A stretch of 24,000 nt of DNA from Paratractidigestivibacter faecalis (GTDB taxonomy: Bacteria > Actinomycetota > Coriobacteriia > Coriobacteriales > Atopobiaceae): positions 188,742 through 212,741 of the forward strand of contig NZ_QSNG01000001.1 of NCBI RefSeq assembly GCF_003416765.1. The letters run 5' to 3'. The position numbers and the translations under genes were made by a program. How positions within the stretch are numbered: the stretch's first letter is position 1; the number at the start of each line of letters is the position of its first letter. Under the pieces are notes generated by a model. The model was not told the DNA's origin and made no database searches. It saw only the letters and a program-made list of their open reading frames with translations. Shown one piece after another: positions 1 through 7,487 of this stretch.

Positions 1-7
1 AAGGCAA

Positions 8-47
8 GGCCGCCCGGCGAGAAGTTCGCGCTTCTCGCCGGGCGGCC
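8..47 (-). terminator. GC-rich hairpin downstream of the M32 carboxypeptidase gene
   Basis: Perfect 17-bp inverted repeat ggccgcccggcgagaag (8-24) / cttctcgccgggcggcc (31-47) with a 6-nt loop. It lies 22 nt past the stop codon at 70-72 (minus sense). The minus-strand tail reads ttgcctt, a weak U-tract. Confidence 0.55.
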
Positions 48-69
48 CTCGTTGACGTGGCCCTCGCGC

Positions 70-1620
70 CTACTGCAGGCCGTAGAGCGAGCTGAACTTC
101 TGCGTCAGGTAGTCCGTGTAGTACGCAGGCGAGAAGGGCTCTCCGCACGCGGCGAGCATGAGCTCGTCGGAGTCCTTGGCGCGGCCCCAGTGCCAGATGT
201 TGGTGCGCAGCCACTCGCGGATGGGCGCGAGGTCGCCGGAGGCGCAGACGGCGTCAAAGTCCATGCCGCCGGCCACCATGGCGGCCTTGAGCTGGGCGCC
301 AAAGGCGCTGCCCAGCGCGTAGGTGGGGAAGTAGCCCAGGCTGCCGTCAGACCAGTGGGTGTCCTGTAGGGCGCCGCGAGCGTCGTCGGGCACGTCGAGG
401 CCCAGGTACTCCTTGTACTTGGCCGCCCAGAGCGCGGGGATGTCGGCTGCCTTGGCCTCGCCCGAGAAGAGCATCTGCTCAAGCTCGTAGCGGATGAGGA
501 TGTGGAGCGGGTAGGTGAGCTCGTCGGCGTCGCAGCGGATGAGGCAGGGCTCGGCGCAGTTCTCGGCAAGGTAAAGCTGGTGGGGCGTCACGCGGCCGAG
601 CTGGCCGGGGAAGCGCCTCTGCAGCACCTCGAGCAGCGGTCCCGCAAAGGCCTCGGAACGGCCCACGATGTTCTCGAAGAAGCGCGACTGGGCCTCGTGC
701 ATGCCCATGGAGGTGCCACCCTTGAGCGAGGTCATGGCGTAGGCCGGGTCGACGTTCTGCTCGTAGAGGGTGTGGCCGCCCTCGTGGAGCATGGAGAACA
801 CGTTGGAGAGCACGTTGTCCTCGTAGACGTGGCTGGCGATGAGCACAAAGCCCACGCCCGGGCCGCCCGTGAAGGGGTGCTCGGTGCGGCCGAGCCACAG
901 GGCGTCCTTGTCCACGCCCTCCAGGCGCATGAGGTCGCCGGCGAGCGCCCACTGGCGCTCCACGTCAAACTTGCCGTCCATGACCTTGTGGTCGGGCTTG
1001 TGACGGCTTGCCATGCAGTCGGCAAGAAGCGGAATCACGCAGTCCTTGACTTGGGCAAAGAACGGGTCGTAGAAGGCGCGGCTCGTGCCGTGCTCAAACT
1101 CGTCGAGCCAGACGTCATAGGGGTCCTTCTCGGCGTTCTTGGCCTGGGCCATGTGGCGCATGGCCTCCACGATGCGGTCCAGGTAGGGCTCGAAGCTCGC
1201 CCAGTCGTTGGCCGCCTTGGCGCGGCGCCAGACGTCGTTTGCCTCGGTGGTGAGGCGGGTGAAGGCGGCCTGCTCCTCGGCAGGGACGTCGATGAGGGAG
1301 GCGCGGTCTCGGCGGATGACGCGGGCCTGGGCCAGGCGCGTCTGCCCCATGAGCTCCGGGTTCTGCTCTATGCGGTCCAGAAGCAGTCCGACCTCGGGTG
1401 CGCAGAGCGCCTCGACGCGCTCCTGCTCGAGCAGGCCCACGGCCTCGCCGCGCTCGGCGGTCGCCTTTGCCGGGTCTATGACGGGGCCAAGGGAGGCTAT
1501 CTCGTCGATGGCGTAGCGGTGGCAGTAGAGTGTGCGCTCCAGGGCGTCCAGCTGGGCGATGTCGGCGCGCGGGTTGGGGATTGCCGGCTCGCTTGCGGGC
1601 GCGGCGTTGGCGTTGGTCAT
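70..1620 (-). CDS. Carboxypeptidase Taq-like metallopeptidase (family M32)
   Basis: Track ORF 70..2466(-) trimmed to ATG at 1620-1618, preceded by AGGAGG (reverse complement of 1625-1630). An alternative ATG at 1650 has a GAGGG upstream. 516 aa. HExxH zinc motif in 'FSMLHEGGHTLYEQ', plus 'HPFTGG' and 'IRCDADELTYPLHILIRYELE', typical of M32. The upstream 280 codons of the track ORF are Ala/Gly/Arg-rich antisense of the ROK kinase gene. Confidence 0.9.
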   Translation of the reverse strand: MTNANAAPASEPAIPNPRADIAQLDALERTLYCHRYAIDEIASLGPVIDPAKATAERGEAVGLLEQERVEALCAPEVGLLLDRIEQNPELMGQTRLAQARVIRRDRASLIDVPAEEQAAFTRLTTEANDVWRRAKAANDWASFEPYLDRIVEAMRHMAQAKNAEKDPYDVWLDEFEHGTSRAFYDPFFAQVKDCVIPLLADCMASRHKPDHKVMDGKFDVERQWALAGDLMRLEGVDKDALWLGRTEHPFTGGPGVGFVLIASHVYEDNVLSNVFSMLHEGGHTLYEQNVDPAYAMTSLKGGTSMGMHEAQSRFFENIVGRSEAFAGPLLEVLQRRFPGQLGRVTPHQLYLAENCAEPCLIRCDADELTYPLHILIRYELEQMLFSGEAKAADIPALWAAKYKEYLGLDVPDDARGALQDTHWSDGSLGYFPTYALGSAFGAQLKAAMVAGGMDFDAVCASGDLAPIREWLRTNIWHWGRAKDSDELMLAACGEPFSPAYYTDYLTQKFSSLYGLQ

Positions 1621-1833
1621 GGATCCTCCTTGGGTTGGGTGTCCTCCCATGAGTCTACCCTCGCGCCCCCTGCCGTGACCCGCCAAAGGCAGGACCGCCT
1701 CACCCCCCTGGCGTTTTGCCGGCCAATCGTGTCCGCAGGCGTCCCATTTGGGACTTGAAGCGCTTGCGTGCCTTCCGCTCACCGTATGATGGCGAGAAGC
1801 ACACAGACGCGTTTCGGCGAAAGGACCCGCAAG

Positions 1834-2787
1834 ATGGAAGCTGTTCTTGGCATCGACGTTGGCGGCACCAGCATCAAGGCCGGCCTCTTCACCCCCGAGG
1901 GCGAGCTGCTCGAGGAGCGCAAGGTCCCGACGCCTGCCCTTGTGGATGACGCGGCCTACGCCGTCGTGACCGATGGCCTGAAGCGCATCCTCGACGCCCA
2001 CGACGCCACGCCCGAGGACGTCATCGCCTGCGGCCTGGACATCCCCGGCCCCGTTGCCGATGACGGCACGGTGGGCTTCCTCCCCAACATCAAGCTCGAC
2101 CCGGAGGGCCTGGTGGGCGCCATCAGCTCCGTCTTCCCGCGGGCGCAGATAGCCTTCGTGAACGACGCCAACGCGGCCGCCCTGGGGGAGATGTGGGCCG
2201 GCGTGGCGCACGGCACCTCCAGCTACGTGCTCATTGCCCTGGGCACGGGCGTGGGCGCAGGCGTCGTGGTCAACGGCCGCCTGGTCGCGGGTGCCTTTGG
2301 CGCGGGCGGAGAGATTGGCCACATCACGGTCAACCCGCACGAGACTCTGACCTGCGGCTGCGGTCGCAAGGGCTGCCTTGAGCAGTACGCCAGCGCCAAG
2401 GGCATCGTCCGCCTCTACCTGGCCGAGTGCGAGGCGCGCGGCGTCACGCCCGTCAAGGTGGAGCACGCCACCGACACCCTCTCAGTCTTCCGCGCGCTTG
2501 CCGCCGGCGACGACTGCGCCAAGCTGGCCGTCGACCAGATGTGCGAGTATCTGGCCCAGGCCATGGCCCAGGTCTCCTGCGTCGTCGACCCCGCCATGTA
2601 CCTCATCGGCGGCGGCGTGGCCGGCGCCTTTGCCACGTTTGCCCCGGAGCTGCGCCGCCGCTTTGCCGCCCACGCGCTTCCCACCTGCAGGGACGTCCGC
2701 ATCGAGGCCGCGAGCCTGGGCAACCAGGCGGCCATGTACGGCTGCGCCTACGAGGCCCTGCGCCTGCGCGACGCGGCTGGCAAGTAG
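1834..2787 (+). CDS. ROK-family sugar kinase (glucokinase-like)
   Basis: Start moved to ATG 1834 ('MEAVLGIDVGGTSIKAGLF', the N-terminal DxGGT ATP-binding motif begins immediately). 'GEIGH' and the ROK zinc motif 'CGCGRKGCLEQYAS' are present. 317 aa. Earlier in-frame ATGs (1768, 1786) cannot be excluded. Confidence 0.85.
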   Translation: MEAVLGIDVGGTSIKAGLFTPEGELLEERKVPTPALVDDAAYAVVTDGLKRILDAHDATPEDVIACGLDIPGPVADDGTVGFLPNIKLDPEGLVGAISSVFPRAQIAFVNDANAAALGEMWAGVAHGTSSYVLIALGTGVGAGVVVNGRLVAGAFGAGGEIGHITVNPHETLTCGCGRKGCLEQYASAKGIVRLYLAECEARGVTPVKVEHATDTLSVFRALAAGDDCAKLAVDQMCEYLAQAMAQVSCVVDPAMYLIGGGVAGAFATFAPELRRRFAAHALPTCRDVRIEAASLGNQAAMYGCAYEALRLRDAAGK

Positions 2788-2873
2788 GCGACGGGCGCTT
2801 CTTTCCTCCGTTTGCGTGCGTCGGTGCGCCTCTCGCCGCATAGATGTTGACAAATTGGCAACTGGTGGTTTCT

Positions 2874-2924
2874 AGCACCTCCAAACCGAGTTCGGAGGTG
2901 CTATTCTTTGTGGTGTTGTTTGTG
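2874..2924 (+). terminator. Hairpin plus T-rich tail between the ROK kinase and EIIA-1
   Basis: agcacctcc (2874-2882) pairs with ggaggtgct (2894-2902) across an 11-nt loop, followed by attctttgtggtgttgtttgtg. It is most simply the kinase terminator. A TTGACA box at 2847-2852 sits just upstream but has only a poor -10 (ttctag at 2870), so I make no promoter call. Confidence 0.5.
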
Positions 2925-2971
2925 AAAGCCGCGGCCCAGAACCACTGCGGCATGGCTGAGAAGGAGCCGGC

Positions 2972-3427
2972 ATGAGCGAGACCGTCACCGCGTCCCACGT
3001 TTTCCTTGGCAACACCGCGTCCTCCGTCGACGAGGTCCTGCAGTTCCTGTCCGAGAAGGCCGTCGAGCTGGGCGTCACCGACGACGCCGAGGCCACGCTG
3101 GAGGCCTTCAAGAACCGCGAGGCAGAGGGCACCACGGGCATGATGGGCGGCTTTGCCATCCCGCACTGCAAGAGCGACATTGTCAAGCAGGCTACCGTCA
3201 TGGTCGTCAAGTTCTCCGGCGAGGTTGCCTGGAGCTCCATGGACAACGCCCCCATCAAGTGCGCCATCGCGCTGCTCATTCCCGCCGCGCAGGCTGGCGA
3301 CGTCCACCTGCAGCTGCTCTCCCACGTGGCCGTCCTGGTCATGGATGAGCACTTCAGGGCCGACGTCCTGGCCTCCGATGACCCGGAGCAGATTGCCGCC
3401 CGCCTGAACGAGGACCTGGCCGAGTAG
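2972..3427 (+). CDS. Stand-alone PTS EIIA component, fructose/mannitol (EIIA-2) family
   Basis: 151 aa. Phosphorylatable-His loop 'GGFAIPHCKS' and second family motif 'HLQLLSH'. SD gaaggag lies 5 nt upstream of the ATG. Paralogous by eye to the EIIA at 5497 (shared 'KAVELGVT', 'IPH.KS', 'HLQLL'). Confidence 0.85.
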   Translation: MSETVTASHVFLGNTASSVDEVLQFLSEKAVELGVTDDAEATLEAFKNREAEGTTGMMGGFAIPHCKSDIVKQATVMVVKFSGEVAWSSMDNAPIKCAIALLIPAAQAGDVHLQLLSHVAVLVMDEHFRADVLASDDPEQIAARLNEDLAE

Positions 3428-3451
3428 GCCGCCCCAGGCAAGAGCCTCTTT

Positions 3452-3489
3452 GAGCCCGGTACCTGCCTGGTGCCGGGCTCTTCTTGTGG
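3452..3489 (+). terminator. Rho-independent-type terminator after EIIA-1
   Basis: gagcccggtacc (3452-3463) pairs with ggtgccgggctc (3469-3480), 12 bp including one G-U, with a 5-nt loop. It is followed by ttcttgtgg. Confidence 0.6.
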
Positions 3490-3550
3490 TAGAAGTGATT
3501 GGCGCGGCCCGCTGGCGCCGCCGACCGCATGCGTCCCAGGGGAGAAGACC

Positions 3551-4366
3551 ATGGCCATCAAGCTCATCTTGACCGACATTGACGGCACCATCATGCCCTA
3601 CGGCAAGAGGCAGGTGACGCAGAGGTGCCGCGCCGCCTTCCACGCCGCCATGGACGCGGGCATCCTGGTGGGCCCGGCGAGCGGCCGCTTCTTCTCCTGG
3701 ATCCCCAACTTCTTTGGCGGGGACGAGGCCTGCTGCCAGACGGCGCTTGCCACCAACGGCATGCAGGTCTACCTAGAGGGCCGCAAGGTCCTGCAGAAGG
3801 AGCTGCTGCCCGCCGCGCTGCGGACCATCATGGGGGCGCTTCGGGAAGTGCCCCAGTCCGGCCTGCTGGTCTTTGAGGGCGCCCGACCGCTTCTGGTCCA
3901 GGGCTCCCGGGATGACCTGGCCATTGCCTTCCCGTCCTACGCAAAGACCTGCGAGGACGCCGACGCGCTGCCGGAGGCCGGCATCACCAAGGCAAACGTC
4001 TTCCTGGTGGGGGACCTCGAGCGTACCCGCGAGGTGGTGGGCGCCCTTGACGCGCTGACCGACGAGGTCGACCTCGACGTCCCGCAGCCCATGTTCTCAA
4101 ACGTGGTGCCCGCCGGCTGGAACAAGGGCGCCGCCCTGCGCTGGCTCTGCGAGCGCGTGGGGGTGACCCCCGAGGAGACCGTCGTCTTCGGGGACGCCGG
4201 CAACGACCTGCAGATGTTTGCCGCGACGCCCAACTCGGTCGCCGTGGCCAACGCCCTGCCTGAGGCCCGCGACGCCGCTCGCTACCACATTGGCTCCGTC
4301 GAGGACGACGCGGTTCCCGCCGCCATCGAGGCGCTCGCGCGCGGCGAGTGGCCCTTTGCCGACTAG
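3551..4366 (+). CDS. Cof-type HAD-IIB family phosphatase (sugar-phosphate phosphatase-like)
   Basis: Start moved to ATG 3551, downstream of the 3452-3489 terminator, with SD aggggagaag upstream. HAD motif I 'LILTDIDGTIM' (DxDGT) and motif IV 'FGDAGNDLQMF' (GDxxND). 271 aa, typical Cof size. Confidence 0.8.
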   Translation: MAIKLILTDIDGTIMPYGKRQVTQRCRAAFHAAMDAGILVGPASGRFFSWIPNFFGGDEACCQTALATNGMQVYLEGRKVLQKELLPAALRTIMGALREVPQSGLLVFEGARPLLVQGSRDDLAIAFPSYAKTCEDADALPEAGITKANVFLVGDLERTREVVGALDALTDEVDLDVPQPMFSNVVPAGWNKGAALRWLCERVGVTPEETVVFGDAGNDLQMFAATPNSVAVANALPEARDAARYHIGSVEDDAVPAAIEALARGEWPFAD

Positions 4367-4427
4367 CCTTCCGGGCCTGCCCTTGGAGGTGTCTGGCGGT
4401 GCCGTTTGCGCCGCTGGCGGATTACTT

Positions 4428-4441
4428 AAGACCGCGGTCTT
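4428..4441. promoter_or_regulatory. Perfect 14-bp palindrome upstream of the GntR/HutC regulator gene (candidate operator or weak HAD terminator)
   Basis: aagaccgcggtctt (7-bp arms, no spacer) located 55 nt upstream of the regulator ATG at 4496 and 62 nt past the HAD stop. The role is inferred only from position. Confidence 0.3.
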
Positions 4442-4495
4442 CTTTGCGCCGGGCGTGGGGTACCGTAAAAATGATGGCCGTTGAGAGGAGACCCC

Positions 4496-5233
4496 ATGGG
4501 TGCAACGTCAAAGAAGCAGCCGCTCTATGGCCAGCTGGTGGACAGTCTGCGCGAGAAGATCGAGACCGAGTACGAGCCGGGTGACCTGCTGCCCTCCGAG
4601 CGCGAGCTGTCCGAGGACTACTGCATCTCCCGCACGACGGTGCGTCTGGCGCTGAAGGAGCTCGAGACCCTGGGCTTCATCAAGCGGCGCCACGGCAAGG
4701 GCACCTTCGTCGCCGACCGCTCCCAGGAGACCACCAACCTCACACGCGCCTACAGCTTCTCGGAGCAGATGCGCAGCCTCGGCCGCATCCCGCGCTCCGA
4801 GCTCCTTGAGTTCTGCTCCGGCGAGGCCTCCAAGACGGTGGCCGACCGCATGGGCCTTGCCGCCGGCGAGCGCGTGATCTCAATGCGCCGCCTGCGCCTT
4901 GCCGACGACGTCCCCATGCTCATCGAGCACACCTACCTGCCTGGCAAGATCTTCTCGGGCCTGACGTCTGACGAGGTGGACTCCCGCTCGCTGTACAAGA
5001 TCATGGCCCAGGACTACCACGTCGAGGTCCGCGTGGCCGAGGAGGAGTTCTACGCGAGCGTGGCCCGCAGGGAGGACGCGCGCCTCCTGGGCATCTCCGA
5101 GGGGGCTCCCGTCCTGCAGCTCTTCCGCCTGACCTACAACACCAGAAACCAGGTGGTCGAGTTCACCAAGGGCGTCGCCCGCGCCGACCAGTTCCACTAC
5201 AAGGTCTCCTACTACGGCGGCTCCAGCGCCTGA
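4496..5233 (+). CDS. GntR-family transcriptional regulator, HutC/UTRA subfamily
   Basis: Start at ATG 4496 (SD gagaggag at 4483-4490). N-terminal wHTH 'LPSERELSEDYCISRTTVRLALKELETLGFIKRRHGKGTFV'. The ~170-aa C-terminal part has the length and pattern of the UTRA effector domain. 245 aa. Confidence 0.85.
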   Translation: MGATSKKQPLYGQLVDSLREKIETEYEPGDLLPSERELSEDYCISRTTVRLALKELETLGFIKRRHGKGTFVADRSQETTNLTRAYSFSEQMRSLGRIPRSELLEFCSGEASKTVADRMGLAAGERVISMRRLRLADDVPMLIEHTYLPGKIFSGLTSDEVDSRSLYKIMAQDYHVEVRVAEEEFYASVARREDARLLGISEGAPVLQLFRLTYNTRNQVVEFTKGVARADQFHYKVSYYGGSSA

Positions 5234-5398
5234 CGCTGGGGACGTTGTTAATTACCTGGTAAAAGGGACACCCATGCCGTTGGCCCCCTGCGGGCTGGCG
5301 CGAGTGCCGCCGCATTGCGGCGCTGCGCCGCCGGTGGGTGACAAATACGTCTCAATAGGCACGCTGGCTCCTCGTTTTCCCTGCTCGGTTACGTCGTC

Positions 5399-5457
5399 TT
5401 GTGCACCGGTCGTGTGACAAAGCGCCTCTTAAGCCAAGGCCTTCTCCCCCATAGACT
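5399..5457 (+). promoter_or_regulatory. Candidate activator site plus weak promoter for the PTS operon
   Basis: Imperfect inverted repeat ttgtgcac (5399-5406) - cggtc - gtgtgacaa (5412-5420). Then TTAAGC (5429-5434), a 17-nt spacer and TAGACT (5452-5457), about 40 nt upstream of ATG 5497. The weak -35 fits an activator-dependent promoter. All by-eye. Confidence 0.3.
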
Positions 5458-5496
5458 CTGAGTTGTCAGAGAGATGAGTCGAGAGAGGAGGCAAGC

Positions 5497-5940
5497 ATGG
5501 CCTTGTTCGATTCCAGCCACGTCATTGATGGGCTTGAGGCCGCCGACCAGGACGCCGTCTTTGAGGCCCTGGCGCAGAAGGCCGTCGAGCTCGGAGTGAC
5601 GTCGGATGCGTCCGCAGTCGTCGCAGACCTGCGCGCCCGCGAGGGAGAGGCGTCCACGGGCTTTGGCGACGGCATCGCCATCCCGCACACAAAGAGCCCC
5701 AACGTCGCGGTGCCGTCAATCGTCTTTGCGCGCCTTGGCGCCGGCATCGAGTGGAATGCGCTGGACGGCGAGCCGGTCGATACCGTCATCAACATCCTCG
5801 TTCCGGAGGGCGGCAGCAACACCCACCTGCAGCTTCTTGCCAAGCTGGCGAGAAACCTCGTCCACAAGGACTTTGTCGCAAAGCTCAAGCAGGATTCCAT
5901 TGAGGACGTATGCGCCCTGATTCAGGGCGTCGTCGGATAG
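5497..5940 (+). CDS. PTS EIIA component, fructose/mannitol (EIIA-2) family
   Basis: 147 aa. 'GDGIAIPHTKS' His loop and 'HLQLLAKLA'. SD gagaggagg lies 6 nt upstream of the ATG. First gene of a co-directional, tightly spaced gene string. Confidence 0.88.
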   Translation: MALFDSSHVIDGLEAADQDAVFEALAQKAVELGVTSDASAVVADLRAREGEASTGFGDGIAIPHTKSPNVAVPSIVFARLGAGIEWNALDGEPVDTVINILVPEGGSNTHLQLLAKLARNLVHKDFVAKLKQDSIEDVCALIQGVVG

Positions 5941-5978
5941 CACTGCAGTCATCTAAAGCACAAGGAAAGGAGAAGCGC

Positions 5979-7418
5979 ATGGCAAAGTCCATTGTGGCAG
6001 TGACCAACTGCCCGGCTGGCATCGCCCACACCTACATGGTGGCCGAGGCCATCCAGACCAAGGGCACCGAGCTGGGCTACGAGGTCCACGTGGAGACTCA
6101 GGGCGCCAGCGGCGTTGAGAACAAGCTCACGCCCGAGCAGATCAAGGAGGCCGACTACGTCGTCTTGGCCCTCGGCCGCGGAATGAACGACGACGACCGA
6201 GTCCGCTTTGACGGCAAGAAGGTCGTGGAGGTTCCCGTCTCCGAGGCGCTGAAGCGCATCGACGATCTCATGGGCAACCTCGAGGCTGAGGCCAAGGTCT
6301 TCCACGCCTCCGCGGTCAAGCTCGGCGCCAAGCAGGAGAGCGTCACGACGGGCGTCATGAGCTACCTCATGGCTGGCGTCTCCGCCGCCCTCCCGTTTGT
6401 CATCGGCGGCGGCGTGCTCATGGCCATCGGCTCCATCATGGCGCAGTTCGGCGCACCCAACGTCGCTCCCGGCGACGGCCAGATGGCATCTCTCGCCTGG
6501 GTCCTCAACACCATCGGCGGCCTCGGCTTCACCTTCATGATTCCCATGATGGGCGCCTTCATCGCCAACGCCATCGGCGACAAGCCCGCCATCATGCCCG
6601 CCTTCATCTGCAGCTACCTGGCCAACAGCACCGACCTCCTCGGTACCCAGGTTGGTGCCGGATTCCTCGGCGCCTGCGTCATCGGACTCGCCATCGGCTA
6701 CTTCGTGAAGGCCTTCAAGAAGGTGAACCTGGGCAAGAACTTCCAGTCCCTGCTCGGATTCCTGATCATCCCGGTGGTCACGCTCTTCGTCTTTGGCCTT
6801 GCCACCTACTACATCATCGGCCCTGCCATGGCCTGGCTGATGAACGCCTTCGTTGGCCTCCTGAGCTCCATCCCGAGCTCGATGAAGCTCGTCGCCGCCT
6901 TCCTCGTGGGCGCCATGCTCGCCTTCGACATGGGTGGCCCCGTCAACAAGGCCGCCTGGTTCTTCTCCTTCTCCCTGCTGGGCTCCGGCGTGTATGACTG
7001 GTACGGCATCGTCGGCGTCGTGACCATCCTCCCGCCGATGGCCGCCGCCATCGCCACCTGGATTCGCCCCCAGCTCTTCACGCAGGCCGAGCGCGACTCC
7101 GCGGTTCCCGCCCTCATCGTCGGTGCCACCGTCGCCACCGAGCCGGCCATCCCCTACGCCCTGGCCGCCCCCCTGCCCATGATCTCCGCCAACGTCATTG
7201 CCGGCGGCGTCGCGGGCGCCATCTCCATGGCCCTTGGCGTCGAGCGCATTGCCCCTGGCATTGGCATCTTCGACCCGTTCCTCGGACTCATCTCGCCCGC
7301 CGGCAGCTACTACATCGCCGTTGCCGTCGGCCTGGTTCTGAACATTGCCCTCATCATCGTCTTCAAGTCCGCTTGGATGAAGAAGCGTGAGGCTAAGAAC
7401 GCCCAGTTGAGGCGCTAG
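5979..7418 (+). CDS. PTS EIIBC component, fructose family
   Basis: Start moved to ATG 5979 (SD aaggaaaggag upstream). N-terminal Fru-type EIIB cysteine loop 'VAVTNCPAGIAHTYMVAEAI'. This is followed by a ~350-aa glycine-rich, multi-span hydrophobic EIIC domain. 479 aa. Confidence 0.88.
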   Translation: MAKSIVAVTNCPAGIAHTYMVAEAIQTKGTELGYEVHVETQGASGVENKLTPEQIKEADYVVLALGRGMNDDDRVRFDGKKVVEVPVSEALKRIDDLMGNLEAEAKVFHASAVKLGAKQESVTTGVMSYLMAGVSAALPFVIGGGVLMAIGSIMAQFGAPNVAPGDGQMASLAWVLNTIGGLGFTFMIPMMGAFIANAIGDKPAIMPAFICSYLANSTDLLGTQVGAGFLGACVIGLAIGYFVKAFKKVNLGKNFQSLLGFLIIPVVTLFVFGLATYYIIGPAMAWLMNAFVGLLSSIPSSMKLVAAFLVGAMLAFDMGGPVNKAAWFFSFSLLGSGVYDWYGIVGVVTILPPMAAAIATWIRPQLFTQAERDSAVPALIVGATVATEPAIPYALAAPLPMISANVIAGGVAGAISMALGVERIAPGIGIFDPFLGLISPAGSYYIAVAVGLVLNIALIIVFKSAWMKKREAKNAQLRR

Positions 7419-7426
7419 ATTGGTTG

Positions 7427-7464
7427 GCCTCGTGGGACCGTCGGCTGCGGCGGTCCCACGAGGC
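7427..7464 (+). other. Strong intercistronic stem-loop between EIIBC and the C-S lyase gene
   Basis: gcctcgtgggaccg (7427-7440) pairs perfectly with cggtcccacgaggc (7451-7464). Three more pairs are possible inside, giving about 17 bp with a tetraloop. The tail gtctgtgaaagg is not U-rich, and the lyase SD aaaggagaggg follows directly. Confidence 0.6.
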
Positions 7465-7487
7465 GTCTGTGAAAGGAGAGGGAAGGC

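Noticed and set aside
70-2466. 798-aa form of the carboxypeptidase ORF
   Set aside because: The N-terminal ~280 codons overlap the ROK kinase gene in antisense and are low complexity. M32 homology begins right after the ATG at 1620 (or 1650), which has an SD.
2952-2975. 7-codon upstream mini-ORF (MAEKEPA) whose TGA overlaps the EIIA-1 ATG (ATGA)
   Set aside because: It has no SD of its own, and its sequence is essentially the EIIA SD region (gagaaggag). Most likely coincidental.
5355-5372. Possible sigma-54 (-24/-12) promoter, aGGCACGctggCTCC, upstream of the PTS operon
   Set aside because: The -24 GGCACG is good, but the -12 element is CTCC instead of TTGC. The operon regulator also lacks an AAA+ sigma-54 activator domain.
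5274-5417. 47-aa Cys-rich small ORF (MPLAPCGLARVPPHCGAAPPVGDKYVSIGTLAPRFPCSVTSSCAPVV) with an AAGGGA 5 nt upstream, in the PTS leader
   Set aside because: Third-position G/C preference decays in its second half, unlike real genes here. It spans the GC palindromes and the candidate operator, and I cannot test conservation. Treated as probably non-coding, though Ribo-seq could revisit it.
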